In this document: piece by piece, positions 1 to 9,264 of the stretch
Numbering within the stretch: position 1 is the stretch's first letter
Layout: every line of letters begins with the position of its first letter
Origin: Spirochaetaceae bacterium
Lineage (GTDB): Bacteria; Spirochaetota; Spirochaetia; DSM-2461
Direction: 5' to 3'
DNA length: 64,000 bases
NCBI GenBank assembly: GCA_051531975.1
Contig: JAOPTT010000002.1
Location: 121,968-185,967 of the forward strand
Notes under the pieces: generated by a model
Told to the model about the DNA's origin: nothing
The model's database searches: none
Seen by the model: only the letters and a program-made list of their open reading frames with translations
Program-made: the position numbers and the translations under genes

Positions 1-18
1 CAAGTCCTACCCCTGCTA
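1..18 (+). tRNA. Possible 3' end of a tRNA (initiator tRNA-Met-like) truncated by the window edge
   Basis: (TT)CAAGT T-loop, CCTAC T-stem, CCCTGCT acceptor strand and discriminator A match the tRNA-fMet 3' pattern. The upstream part is outside the window, so this could be another repeat copy instead. Confidence 0.45.
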
Positions 19-26
19 TTGTACTT

Positions 27-56
27 AAGGATTCACATTAGTGGATCCTTTTTTTT
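27..56 (+). terminator. Intrinsic terminator after the first tRNA-end repeat
   Basis: AAGGATTCAC-atta-GTGGATCCTT stem (one G-U pair) followed by a T run. Confidence 0.75.
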
Positions 57-226
57 GTTATAACTTAGGACTTGAAACGAAATGAACGCTGACCGATCAG
101 GGAAGAATAGTCGACAACAAACTTTTCGATCAGGAAATGTTTGTCGACGACAGTAAATGCAGACGTCTGAAATGAGGAAGCACGATGCTGACGAATGTAA
201 GACAAGTCCTACCCCTGCTATTGTAC

Positions 227-258
227 AAGACAATCTAATTTAGATTGTCTTTTTTTTT
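227..258 (+). terminator. Intrinsic terminator after the second tRNA-end repeat
   Basis: Perfect AGACAATCTA-att-TAGATTGTCT hairpin followed by a T run. Confidence 0.8.
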
Positions 259-264
259 GCCCTA

Positions 265-315
265 TTGCTTTTTCATAAGCTTCGCGTTAACCTATAATTA
301 AATGAAGGTTAACAA
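265..315 (+). promoter_or_regulatory. birA promoter with overlapping BirA operator (bioO)
   Basis: GTTAACCT(286-293)...AGGTTAAC(306-313), i.e. GTTAAC-N16-GTTAAC, fits the BirA box. -35 TTGCTT (265-270), 17 bp, -10 TAACCT (288-293). Confidence 0.8.
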
Positions 316-1180
316 CAAACAGATTATAATTTCTTTATTAAAAGAATCTAACCTACCGATCTCAGGTGAGAATATTAGTAACAAAATTGGAATATCTAGA
401 ACTGGTGTTTGGAAAAATATTCAAAAGTTAACTGAAGAAGGATATACAATAACATCATCAACTAAGGGATATCTACTTAAACAAGAGACTGATCTACTGC
501 TTAGTTATGAATTTGATAAAGACAGAGAGTTGTATTTATATAAAGAGAGTACAAGTTCAACTATGGATCTAGCAAAAGAGCTTATAAATAGTGGGAAAGC
601 TGTAGATGGGACTGTTGTTATAGCAGGTGACCAAACTTCTGGAAAAAGTAAAGGTTCTGGGAAATTCGAGAGCCCCCAGGGTGGACTATATTTTACACTG
701 ATACTATTTCCTAACTGCCCTATTATGGATGTTAATTTATATCCTATGGCTGCAACTCTTGCTACTAAAGATATTTTATTTACAGAACTTAACTTAAATA
801 TCGGTATTGTATGGCCTTTTGAATCTTGGTTAGATGAAGTAAAGGTTTCTGGGGTACTACATAACTATTTAATTGAAAATAACAGAGTGACCTGGGTTAA
901 TATTGGAATTGGTATAAATCTCTCTAAAGATATTCCTAGAAGAGAGTTGTTAATTAAAATCAGAGAAAAAATACTGAACTACTTAGATAATAGAGATAAA
1001 TTATTTGAAACCTATAGCCAAAATCTTAATAAAGAACAAAGTTATAGTTTTAATATAGAAGGAAAAAAGTTTATAGGAAATATTTCAGGGGTCGATCGCC
1101 TTGGAACTCTGACTATAGATACAAAAAATGGTAAAGAGTATGCCTATATTGGGAACTCAAACCAGGAGGACTACAGATGA
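302..1180 (+). CDS. birA: Bifunctional biotin ligase/repressor BirA (N-terminal HTH; divergent catalytic motifs)
   Basis: HTH 'ISGENISNKIGISRTGVWKNIQKL', STM motif, SP.GGLY, KVSGVL, NIGIGIN; adjacent to bioY. Confidence 0.88.
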   Translation: MKVNNKQIIISLLKESNLPISGENISNKIGISRTGVWKNIQKLTEEGYTITSSTKGYLLKQETDLLLSYEFDKDRELYLYKESTSSTMDLAKELINSGKAVDGTVVIAGDQTSGKSKGSGKFESPQGGLYFTLILFPNCPIMDVNLYPMAATLATKDILFTELNLNIGIVWPFESWLDEVKVSGVLHNYLIENNRVTWVNIGIGINLSKDIPRRELLIKIREKILNYLDNRDKLFETYSQNLNKEQSYSFNIEGKKFIGNISGVDRLGTLTIDTKNGKEYAYIGNSNQEDYR

Positions 1181-1713
1181 AAACAAAAGATATCGTATTA
1201 GTAGCAGCGTCTACTTTCTTAATTATTATTGGGGCATATATTGCTGTACCAATTGGCCCTGTTCCAATAGTTCTTACTAACTTTTTTATTATATTAATAG
1301 GTTTGCTATTTGGGTGGAAAAAAGCGTTATTAGCAGTTCTAACATACCTTATTTTAGGTGCTATTGGTCTACCTGTATTTTCTAATGGGAAAGCTGGTAT
1401 TGCTCATATAATAGGTTTAACTGGTGGTTTTTTAGTAGGGTTTATACCATTAGCATTTTTATCAGGTATAGCTAGCAGTAAAAAGAACATATTTAAAGTA
1501 CTTCTTGTAGTAGCAGGTTCTATTTTAGTATATCTAATGGGTCTTCCATGGGCTCTCTATGTTTTTAGAGAGAAATGGGATTTAGCAACTGCTTTAAAAT
1601 ATACAACTTACCCGTTTTTGATACCTGACTTAATTAAAATAATTGCAGCACTTCTAATATCAAATCTACTAAAACCAGTATTAAAACCTTTTATTTCTGG
1701 TAGAGATGAATAA
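1177..1713 (+). CDS. bioY: Biotin ECF transporter S component BioY
   Basis: 'PVPIVL', 'YLILGAIGLPVFS', 'TGGFLVGF', 'PFLIPDLIK' BioY motifs; ATGA overlap with birA. Confidence 0.93.
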   Translation: MKTKDIVLVAASTFLIIIGAYIAVPIGPVPIVLTNFFIILIGLLFGWKKALLAVLTYLILGAIGLPVFSNGKAGIAHIIGLTGGFLVGFIPLAFLSGIASSKKNIFKVLLVVAGSILVYLMGLPWALYVFREKWDLATALKYTTYPFLIPDLIKIIAALLISNLLKPVLKPFISGRDE

Positions 1714-2452
1714 GATTCTTTTAGAAGTCAAAGGTATAACTAAAAGCTTTGATGAAAAACTATATTTAGATGATATCTCTTTTAGTCTGAATAAGAGGGA
1801 CTTTCTTGTAATTGCAGGTTGTAATGGTTCTGGAAAGACCCTTTTAATGAAACACTTAAACGGTTTATACCCAATAAAAGAGGGCACTATTTTTTTTAAT
1901 GGGGTAGACTGTTTCAGATCAGAAAAAATAATGAAAAGACGTATAGGTATAGTATTCCAAAATCCTGATACTCAGATAGTTGGATTAACTGTTTATGATG
2001 ATGTTAGTTTTGGTCCTAGGAATCTAGGACTATCAAAAGTCGATATAAAAAATTGTGTTACTAAATCATTAAAAAACATGGACATACTTCATTTAAAAGA
2101 TCGGAATCCCCATACACTTTCTGGTGGTGAAAAAAAAAGACTCAACATAGCTGGGATTTTAGCTATGGAACCAGATGTAATTATATTAGATGAACCATTT
2201 ATAGGATTAGATTACCCAGGGGTAATTAGTGTTACTAAAAGTTTAATAAAACTAAAAGAGCAGGGACAAACAATTATTTTAATAACCCATGATCTAGAAA
2301 AAGTCTTAGCTTATTGCAATAAAATGTTAATTCTCTCCAAGGGAAAAATTACAATGACTGGAACACCAGATGATATTATAAACAGTGTAGATAAATGGGG
2401 TATAAGAAGGCCAATACAAAAAAGTGTTAAAGAGATGACATGGCTTCAGTAA
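1706..2452 (+). CDS. ECF transporter ATPase (BioM/CbiO-like)
   Basis: Walker A GCNGSGKT, 'VFQNPDTQ', LSGGEK, ILDEP, ITHD. Confidence 0.92.
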   Translation: MNKILLEVKGITKSFDEKLYLDDISFSLNKRDFLVIAGCNGSGKTLLMKHLNGLYPIKEGTIFFNGVDCFRSEKIMKRRIGIVFQNPDTQIVGLTVYDDVSFGPRNLGLSKVDIKNCVTKSLKNMDILHLKDRNPHTLSGGEKKRLNIAGILAMEPDVIILDEPFIGLDYPGVISVTKSLIKLKEQGQTIILITHDLEKVLAYCNKMLILSKGKITMTGTPDDIINSVDKWGIRRPIQKSVKEMTWLQ

Positions 2453-3159
2453 ATCTATTTATATACCAATTAGGTGACTCAACAATACATAAAATGCATC
2501 CAACGTTAAAAATCCTACTAAGTAGTTTATTAACTATACAAATTGTTAAGGCAAATTATTACACCTTGACCTACATTACAATACTAATTTTATTTGGCTT
2601 TTATGTGAGCAAGTTGAGTTTTAAATTAATTCTAAAAGATCTACGGTATGTCATTTTTTTATCTATCACTCTTATATTTTTTCAGATTATTTTTTCTGTA
2701 GATACTGTATTAGAATCAGTAATTTATAGTTTAACTTATGTTCTTAGAGTGACACTTATGATACTTCTAGGTACCCTATTTACAGGAACAACGCCCCCCC
2801 AGGATATTACACCAGCTCTATTTAAAATAATAAAAATTAAAAAAATAGCTGAATACCTATCTTTAACTATTAGGTTAATACCTACTTTTTTGATTAGTTG
2901 GAAAGAGATCGAGATGAGTCTGAATTCTAGAGGTCTGTATCTTGTAAAAAATCCATTTAAAATTATGTCTAGAATTTCTATTCCTCTGTTAGTTGAAACT
3001 TTTAAAAGAGCAGACATGGTATCCATGGCTATGGAGTCTAGAAGCTATACAGGTTGGTTAGTAAACGATGTGACAACAAAAGAGATAAATATTAAAGCTA
3101 TTTTATTTGTTACTCTACCTGTATTGATAAAGTTTCTACTACAGATAAAAATGCTTTAA
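2440..3159 (+). CDS. ECF transporter transmembrane T component (BioN/CbiQ-like)
   Basis: 'IHKMHP', hydrophobic helices, 'SRG' and 'AMESRSY' coupling motifs. Confidence 0.88.
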   Translation: MASVNLFIYQLGDSTIHKMHPTLKILLSSLLTIQIVKANYYTLTYITILILFGFYVSKLSFKLILKDLRYVIFLSITLIFFQIIFSVDTVLESVIYSLTYVLRVTLMILLGTLFTGTTPPQDITPALFKIIKIKKIAEYLSLTIRLIPTFLISWKEIEMSLNSRGLYLVKNPFKIMSRISIPLLVETFKRADMVSMAMESRSYTGWLVNDVTTKEINIKAILFVTLPVLIKFLLQIKML

Positions 3160-4000
3160 CAATTGGATTAGATAACCTTCGTCTTTGAATTAATATTCCA
3201 ACATTTACAGGTTTCATTCCAGTATCAACCACATCTAAATCCTTTGAAAATAGTGTATGGTCAACTACAACCTTTGGCACAATTCCAACACCAAAACCTA
3301 AACGACTCATTGCAATAATACCCTCGTTTCCAGACGCTTCTGAATAGACGTTAGGCCTAACACCTTTATTATTAAACCATTCATCGATTCTTTTTCTAAA
3401 AAGGGATTTATCAGGTAAAATCATAGGTGTATCTTTTAAACTAAATTGCATTTTAGTTATATCTATATTTAGTGGAGAATCAACCTTTGGGGATATAAAT
3501 ACCATTGGAGTAGATATTATAGGAAAAAATTGTAAATGAGATGGTATATGATCTGGTTCCGCACTAATAACAATATCAGATGTGCCTTCACCTGCATGGG
3601 CAAAAGCATCATTAACTGAACCTGTAATTAAATTAACGTGTACTTCTGGATACTTTTCTCTTAGCTTTTTTAGAATTGGAGGTAGAACTTCATAACATCC
3701 TGTAACAGAGGAGTATACTGTAATCTCTCCGCTTACAATCTCTGCTTCACCTTGAAGAGTCTCTTTAAGTAGATTCCACCTGTCAATTACATCCCTTGCA
3801 TAGTTTCTAAAATGTATTCCAGCATTGGTTAAACTTACGGATCTGTTATCTCTTTCAAATAACTTTTCACCGATCTCATCTTCTAATCTTTGAACAGTTC
3901 GACTAAGTGCCGATGGACTAATTGCCATGACCTGGCTGGTTCTAGCGTAATGAAGAGTCTCTGCTAATTTTAGAAAAAGTTTAAGTTCTCTTATATCCAT
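3110..4000 (-). CDS. ilvY: LysR-family regulator IlvY
   Basis: N-terminus MDIRELKLFLKLAETLHY...SPSALSR..QRLEDEIG..LF.RDNRSV.LT closely follows the IlvY pattern; 'SVTGCY..LPPIL'. Confidence 0.8.
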   Translation of the reverse strand: MDIRELKLFLKLAETLHYARTSQVMAISPSALSRTVQRLEDEIGEKLFERDNRSVSLTNAGIHFRNYARDVIDRWNLLKETLQGEAEIVSGEITVYSSVTGCYEVLPPILKKLREKYPEVHVNLITGSVNDAFAHAGEGTSDIVISAEPDHIPSHLQFFPIISTPMVFISPKVDSPLNIDITKMQFSLKDTPMILPDKSLFRKRIDEWFNNKGVRPNVYSEASGNEGIIAMSRLGFGVGIVPKVVVDHTLFSKDLDVVDTGMKPVNVGILIQRRRLSNPIVKAFLSVVETLSIQVE

Positions 4001-4070
4001 TCCATAAGGATTACATAAAATTAATAAAAATCCAATTCTATTTTCGAAATTTTACTGTTACTATTATAAT

Positions 4071-4742
4071 ATGAAGATATTGATAGTAGAAGATGATAAG
4101 AAGATTTCGGCTTTTGTAGCTAAGGGATTAAAAGAGTCTGGGTTTACAGTTGATCAGGTATACTCTGGAGAAGAAGGTTTTATTATGCTTAAGAGCAACA
4201 GTTACGATGCTGCTATTATGGATATAATGATGCCTGGTGAATTAAATGGTTTACAAGTTATAGAGAAAATGAGAGATAATTCTATAAAAACACCTGTTCT
4301 TATTTTAAGTGCTAAAAGAAGTGTGGATGATAGAATTATAGGTTTCCAGAAAGGTGGTGATGACTATATAACAAAACCTTTCTCCTTTGCGGAACTACTT
4401 GCTAGATTGCAAGCTTTAATTAGACGTTCAACTATGTCAGATACAAGCACAGAGTTACACTATAAAGATCTATCCTTAAACTTGTTAACTAGAGAAGTAA
4501 TTAGGGCTGGTGATGTTATAGAGTGCCAACCTAGAGAGTTCTCTTTTTTGGAATATTTTATTAGAAACCAAGGTAATGTCCTATCAAAAACCCTAATTAT
4601 GGAACACATATGGGAGTATAACTTTGATCCACAAACTAACGTTGTTGATGTTTTAGTATGTAGATTACGGAATAAGATAGATAAGGACTATGATGAAAAA
4701 CTGATACACACAATTAGAGGTGTTGGATATGTTCTTAAATAA
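4071..4742 (+). CDS. OmpR/PhoB-family response regulator (CusR-like)
   Basis: Receiver 'KILIVEDD', 'DIMMP', 'GGDDYITKPF'; winged helix 'TNVVDVLVCRLRNKID', 'TIRGVGY'. Confidence 0.93.
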   Translation: MKILIVEDDKKISAFVAKGLKESGFTVDQVYSGEEGFIMLKSNSYDAAIMDIMMPGELNGLQVIEKMRDNSIKTPVLILSAKRSVDDRIIGFQKGGDDYITKPFSFAELLARLQALIRRSTMSDTSTELHYKDLSLNLLTREVIRAGDVIECQPREFSFLEYFIRNQGNVLSKTLIMEHIWEYNFDPQTNVVDVLVCRLRNKIDKDYDEKLIHTIRGVGYVLK

Positions 4743-6114
4743 GGTAAACGTTAGGATTGCCCTAACTTTTACTCTATTTTCTACAATGATCTCTGTTATT
4801 CTTTTTAGTTCCCTAAGTTTTTTAATAATCGGATTTCTAAGAATTGAAGATTATAAGGCTATGGGCCACCAGCTTCAGATAGTTGAGACATTTTATGAGA
4901 AAGGTGGTCGAAACTTAGTTATTTCTCAAATAGTTGATGATATGTTTATTGATGGGAAAAAGTATTTCATACGTATTTTAACTAGTGAAACAATTTTTGA
5001 TCTTGGGCCTGATAACTGGAAAAAAAACTTTAACTACGATGAATTAGACGATGACCTACTAGGAGAAATATCTACTCTATACTCTGATAACTTTGACTAT
5101 AATTTAGATGTATTAACTTATATAACTCCTAGTGGTGTGTCATTACAGATAGGTATAAGTGATAAGTATAGATATAATCTTTTAGATGTTTTAAACAAAG
5201 TATTTATCATACTTCTGATTCCACTTTTATTGATTAGTCTTATGTTTGGTTTATACTATTCAACTAAAACATTAAAACCCGTTTTAGATCTAACACGAAC
5301 TATAAAAACAATAATTAAAACTGGTAAAAGAGAGAATAAAACAGCAGTAAGATATGGAAGTTCCGAGCTAAGTGAACTTGTGACTCTATTTAATACTCTT
5401 TTAGATAATAATGACAATTTAATAAAGGGAATGAAAGAGACATTAGATAATGTTAGCCACGATTTAAGGACACCACTAACAAGAATTAGAGGTGCTGCTG
5501 AGGTTGCTTTAACAAGTTCTAATCCTGATGAATTAAGGGAAGCACATTCAGATAGTATAGAAGAGATAGATTCAATTATAAAAATGTTAAATGCCCTTTT
5601 AGATATAACAGCATCTGAAAATGGTGTATTAAACCTTGATAAGCAGGAATTTAATATTAAAGATCTACTTGAGAGTTCTATAGATATGTATAATTTTGTT
5701 GCTGAAGATAAAATGATCAAACTTCTATTAAGTTTTAACTTAGATAGTGAAATTATATTTGCAGATGAGATTAAGTTCCGCCAGGTAGTAGCAAATTTAT
5801 TAGATAATGCTGTTAAATATTCAGATAAGGGTGGAGTAATTGATATAACTATATATCAAGATGAAACAAATATGATTCTAAAAGTTAAAGATTCAGGTAT
5901 TGGTATATCACAGGATGAGATAGAAAATATTTGGGATAGACTTTTTAGATCTACCCGGAGTAGAAATGAACCGGGATTAGGTTTAGGATTAAGTATGGTA
6001 AAAGCAATTATAGTTGCACACAATGGATCTGTTGTTGTAAAGAGTGAATTACATGTCGGATCTACATTTATAGTGTGCATACCCTTACAAATTAGTAATA
6101 TAAAAGAAATATAA
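4720..6114 (+). CDS. Membrane sensor histidine kinase (HAMP/HisKA/HATPase); true start may be ATG 4729
   Basis: Two TM segments, H-box 'SHDLRTPL', N-box 'NLLDNAVKY', 'DSGIGI', 'GLGLGL'. Confidence 0.93.
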   Translation: MLDMFLNKVNVRIALTFTLFSTMISVILFSSLSFLIIGFLRIEDYKAMGHQLQIVETFYEKGGRNLVISQIVDDMFIDGKKYFIRILTSETIFDLGPDNWKKNFNYDELDDDLLGEISTLYSDNFDYNLDVLTYITPSGVSLQIGISDKYRYNLLDVLNKVFIILLIPLLLISLMFGLYYSTKTLKPVLDLTRTIKTIIKTGKRENKTAVRYGSSELSELVTLFNTLLDNNDNLIKGMKETLDNVSHDLRTPLTRIRGAAEVALTSSNPDELREAHSDSIEEIDSIIKMLNALLDITASENGVLNLDKQEFNIKDLLESSIDMYNFVAEDKMIKLLLSFNLDSEIIFADEIKFRQVVANLLDNAVKYSDKGGVIDITIYQDETNMILKVKDSGIGISQDEIENIWDRLFRSTRSRNEPGLGLGLSMVKAIIVAHNGSVVVKSELHVGSTFIVCIPLQISNIKEI

Positions 6115-6167
6115 CTGCAATACTTCTTTGTTATATTTCTTTTATAGAATATTTAAGGAGAATAGAT

Positions 6168-7556
6168 ATGTTAAAAAAAATAATATTAATCTTATTAGCA
6201 AGCTTAACAACTTTAAGCTTTGCATCAACTGAGAAGGATAACCCATTTAGAAAGGTTGCTAGGGATGTTAGACCTGTTGTTGTTCAGATTGATACCGTAT
6301 ATAAAACTAAGGTAAAAACAGGTGGTTCCCCATTTGATTTCTTTTTTAAAGGTGAGAAAAATGAGGAACCGGAAAATGAACCAGAATACAGAGAGTATGA
6401 ATCTAGTGGTTTAGGTTCTGGTATTATTGTTGAAGCTAGAGGTAAAAAAAAGTATGTATTAACAAATCACCATGTTATTAAAGATGCACATGAACTGAAT
6501 GTACATTTTTCTACTGGAAAAAGTTATGAAGCAACCTTAGTTGGCTCTGACCCAAGAATAGACTTAGCTCTGCTTGTTTTTGAAACAAAGGATATTATTC
6601 CTGTTGCAAAACTAGGTAACTCTGATGATATATATATTGGAGATTGGGCCATAGCAATTGGTAGCCCTCTAGGTTATGAATCATCGGTAACTTTAGGAAT
6701 AATTAGTGCTGTTGGAAGACCTGCAGTAAATGGTGGAATGAAAGCTGATTTTACAGACTATATTCAAACAGATGCTGCTATTAATAAAGGGAATTCCGGT
6801 GGAGCTTTAGTAAATATTGATGGAGAGATAATTGGTATAAATACTTGGATAGCTTCCCAAACTGGTGGGAATATCGGTCTTGGTTTCTCAATACCTATAA
6901 ATAATGCCAAAAGAGTTATAGCTTCTTTAATTGAGAAAGGAACTGTAGATTATGGCTGGTTAGGTGTAAGTATGGGTAATGTTCCCAAAGAGAATCAAAA
7001 GGATAAGTCGGCTAAAATAACCGGTTCATTTATTTATAGTTTATATAAAGGTTCTCCTGCTGATAAAGGTGGAATGTTACCTGGAGATATAATTACTAAA
7101 GTTAACAGTAAAACTATAGCTACAAGTAGTGATCTTTTAAAAGCAGTTGGAAATTTACCAGCTGGGAAACTTGCAATATTTAAAGTTATTAGGGGGAAAG
7201 AGTTATTAACTCTAAGAATATATCCAGAAGTAAGAGATGAAGATAGCCAAAAATCATATCTATGGCCTGGTATAAACATAATTACTCTAACTACTGAAAT
7301 AATTGATAGTATGAATGAAAGATCTGAAACTAAACTAAAAAAATCAACAGATGGAGTTGTGGTGGTTGCAGTTTCTCCAGACTCTGTTGCTAAACTAACA
7401 GGTTTAGTTCCCGGGGATATAATTACACATATAGATAGTCGAAAAGTTGGAAATTTATCTGACTTTTATAAAGCTATTGCTAATACTAAAGAAGAAGTTG
7501 TACTAAATGTAATACGAAATGGTAAAAAGATTAAACTAATTTTAATGAACGAATAG
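6168..7556 (+). CDS. htrA: HtrA/DegP-family serine protease with two PDZ domains
   Basis: Signal peptide; 'TNHHVI', 'DLAL', 'QTDAAINKGNSGG'; PDZ motifs 'SPADKGG..PGDII'. Confidence 0.93.
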   Translation: MLKKIILILLASLTTLSFASTEKDNPFRKVARDVRPVVVQIDTVYKTKVKTGGSPFDFFFKGEKNEEPENEPEYREYESSGLGSGIIVEARGKKKYVLTNHHVIKDAHELNVHFSTGKSYEATLVGSDPRIDLALLVFETKDIIPVAKLGNSDDIYIGDWAIAIGSPLGYESSVTLGIISAVGRPAVNGGMKADFTDYIQTDAAINKGNSGGALVNIDGEIIGINTWIASQTGGNIGLGFSIPINNAKRVIASLIEKGTVDYGWLGVSMGNVPKENQKDKSAKITGSFIYSLYKGSPADKGGMLPGDIITKVNSKTIATSSDLLKAVGNLPAGKLAIFKVIRGKELLTLRIYPEVRDEDSQKSYLWPGINIITLTTEIIDSMNERSETKLKKSTDGVVVVAVSPDSVAKLTGLVPGDIITHIDSRKVGNLSDFYKAIANTKEEVVLNVIRNGKKIKLILMNE

Positions 7557-7561
7557 ATTAT

Positions 7562-7599
7562 ATAACTATGCCCTGAATATTAAACTAGGGCATAGTTAT
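7562..7599. terminator. Hairpin between convergent htrA and carbonic anhydrase (likely bidirectional terminator)
   Basis: ATAACTATGCCCT...AGGGCATAGTTAT 13-bp perfect stem. Confidence 0.75.
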
Positions 7600-7613
7600 T
7601 ATTAAGTAGTAGT

Positions 7614-8231
7614 TTAGATCTTTTCAAAAGAGATTTTATCTTTATCATAATTGAATACTGAACCAGTTTTGATATCGTAATACCACCCTAGGATTTCAAG
7701 CTCTCTGTTTTTAACTTTTTTTGATATATATGGATATGTTAATAGATGTTTCATCTGCTCTACAATATTTAATTGCTCAGTTAATAGATGTTTTTCATCT
7801 TCAGTTTTTGGATTCATTTCTAGAACTCTTTTTTTAATACCATTACCAAGCTCTAACCACTTCTTAATATGAGGTGTTTTAGATATTTCTTCCTCATCTA
7901 AATACATAGCATTACATCCACCACAATTTGAATGGCCACAAACAACTATATTTTGTACATGTAAGTTACAAACAGCATACTCGATAGCAGATGTTGTAGC
8001 TAAAAATTCGTTTTTAACCTGATAAAAAGGTACCATATTAGCAACATTTCTAACAACAAAGATCTCTCCTGGTTTTGAATTTGTTAATAAACTTGGTACA
8101 ATTCTTGAATCACAACAGCTAATAAAAAGTGTATGTGGAGTTTGAATCAGACTTAAATCGTTAAATAGATCCTGATACTTTGAGAACTTTTTTTTATTAA
8201 ACTCTTTAACACCTTCGAATAAATTTTCCAT
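7614..8231 (-). CDS. can: Beta-class carbonic anhydrase
   Basis: 'CCDSRI', 'PGEIFVVRNVAN', 'AIEYAV', 'CGHSNCG' zinc motifs. Confidence 0.93.
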   Translation of the reverse strand: MENLFEGVKEFNKKKFSKYQDLFNDLSLIQTPHTLFISCCDSRIVPSLLTNSKPGEIFVVRNVANMVPFYQVKNEFLATTSAIEYAVCNLHVQNIVVCGHSNCGGCNAMYLDEEEISKTPHIKKWLELGNGIKKRVLEMNPKTEDEKHLLTEQLNIVEQMKHLLTYPYISKKVKNRELEILGWYYDIKTGSVFNYDKDKISFEKI

Positions 8232-8295
8232 ATAATAGAGATTAATAGATTAGTGTATAAATTTCAATGTGCCTATCTCTATTATATGGATGATG

Positions 8296-9156
8296 TTATA
8301 ACTTTGGCAGTGGAGGTGTTCCACCTTTTTGAGTACATACAAAACCAGCAACTTTGTTTGCATGTCTGTTTATACTGTCTAGATCGTCACCTTTAATTAA
8401 CCCAACTGCAACAGCAGCTGTAAATGAATCCCCAGCGCCAACAGTATCAACTATGTTAGTTTTATCTGGAATAACAAAAGAGTCCTCAGATGTTGATCGA
8501 TACAATCTACTACCGTCACCACCCATTGTTAAGATAATTAAATCTAATGAATACATCTCTTTTAAAGTTTTAAGAGCTTCATCATCGTTCTTTGGCAGAC
8601 CAAACATCTCCTGTAACAACGGAAATTCTTCATCGTTAAGTTTTAATACAGTTGCATATTTCAGACTATCTGCTATAACTTTTTTAGAGTAATAATCACC
8701 TCTAATATTAATATCAAAGATTCTAATACATTCCTTTTGGGTTAGCCCTAAAAACCTGTACATTGACCTTCTAGATATATCAGATCTTTGAAATAGAGAA
8801 CCAAAACAGACACAAGAACACTCTTTTGCCAATTTTTCAGCTTCTAAAGTAAGTTCCATAAAATCCCAAGCACTATCTTTTGTAAAGTCATAGGTTGCTT
8901 TTCCATCAGAATCTAACTCTACCATAACTGTACCAGTTGGCTGATTTACTTCGTTTACAATATATTTAATTTTTTTATCTGCAAAGATCTGTTTCGCTTC
9001 TGCTCCACGGGCATCTTTTCCGATTGAACTAACAATAAAAGCTTCTAATCCCAAGGAATTTACATGGTATGCAAAGTTTGTTGGGGCTCCACCTAATATT
9101 GCACCATCTGGGAACAGATCCCAGAGAATTTCACCTAATCCTACTATTTTTTCCAT
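8296..9156 (-). CDS. PfkB-family carbohydrate kinase (fructokinase-like)
   Basis: 'GEILWD', 'GGAPTNFA', 'DINIR', 'KLNDEE', 'DTVGAGDSF'. Confidence 0.9.
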   Translation of the reverse strand: MEKIVGLGEILWDLFPDGAILGGAPTNFAYHVNSLGLEAFIVSSIGKDARGAEAKQIFADKKIKYIVNEVNQPTGTVMVELDSDGKATYDFTKDSAWDFMELTLEAEKLAKECSCVCFGSLFQRSDISRRSMYRFLGLTQKECIRIFDINIRGDYYSKKVIADSLKYATVLKLNDEEFPLLQEMFGLPKNDDEALKTLKEMYSLDLIILTMGGDGSRLYRSTSEDSFVIPDKTNIVDTVGAGDSFTAAVAVGLIKGDDLDSINRHANKVAGFVCTQKGGTPPLPKL

Positions 9157-9264
9157 AATTTATACTCCTTACTTAAATAGGTGCAATGGCACCTCGGATT
9201 ATTATGTATTCTCTTTTTTACCTATGTTGATGCTGGGGGGCACTAGGAAAAAAGACATACAAAC

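Larger units (their letters stand above)
1..226 (+). repeat. 24-bp direct repeat (CAAGTCCTACCCCTGCTATTGTAC) at 1-24 and 203-226, resembling a tRNA 3' end, flanking a structured element
   Basis: Exact 24/24 match between 1-24 and 203-226. TAGGACTTG (66-74) is the reverse complement of CAAGTCCTA (203-211). Internal inverted repeat GTCGACAA...TTGTCGAC (110-148). Confidence 0.9.

Noticed and set aside
165..202. Hammerhead ribozyme (CTGA...GAG...CGAA)
   Set aside because: Core is CTGAAATGAG rather than CUGANGA and GAAT rather than GAAA; stems I and III cannot be assembled convincingly
1..226. attL/attR of a prophage or genomic island
   Set aside because: Only 178 bp lie between the repeats and there is no integrase in the window; an element upstream of position 1 cannot be excluded
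33..233. 66-aa minus-strand ORF
   Set aside because: Spans the repeat and hairpin element; no RBS or recognisable motif
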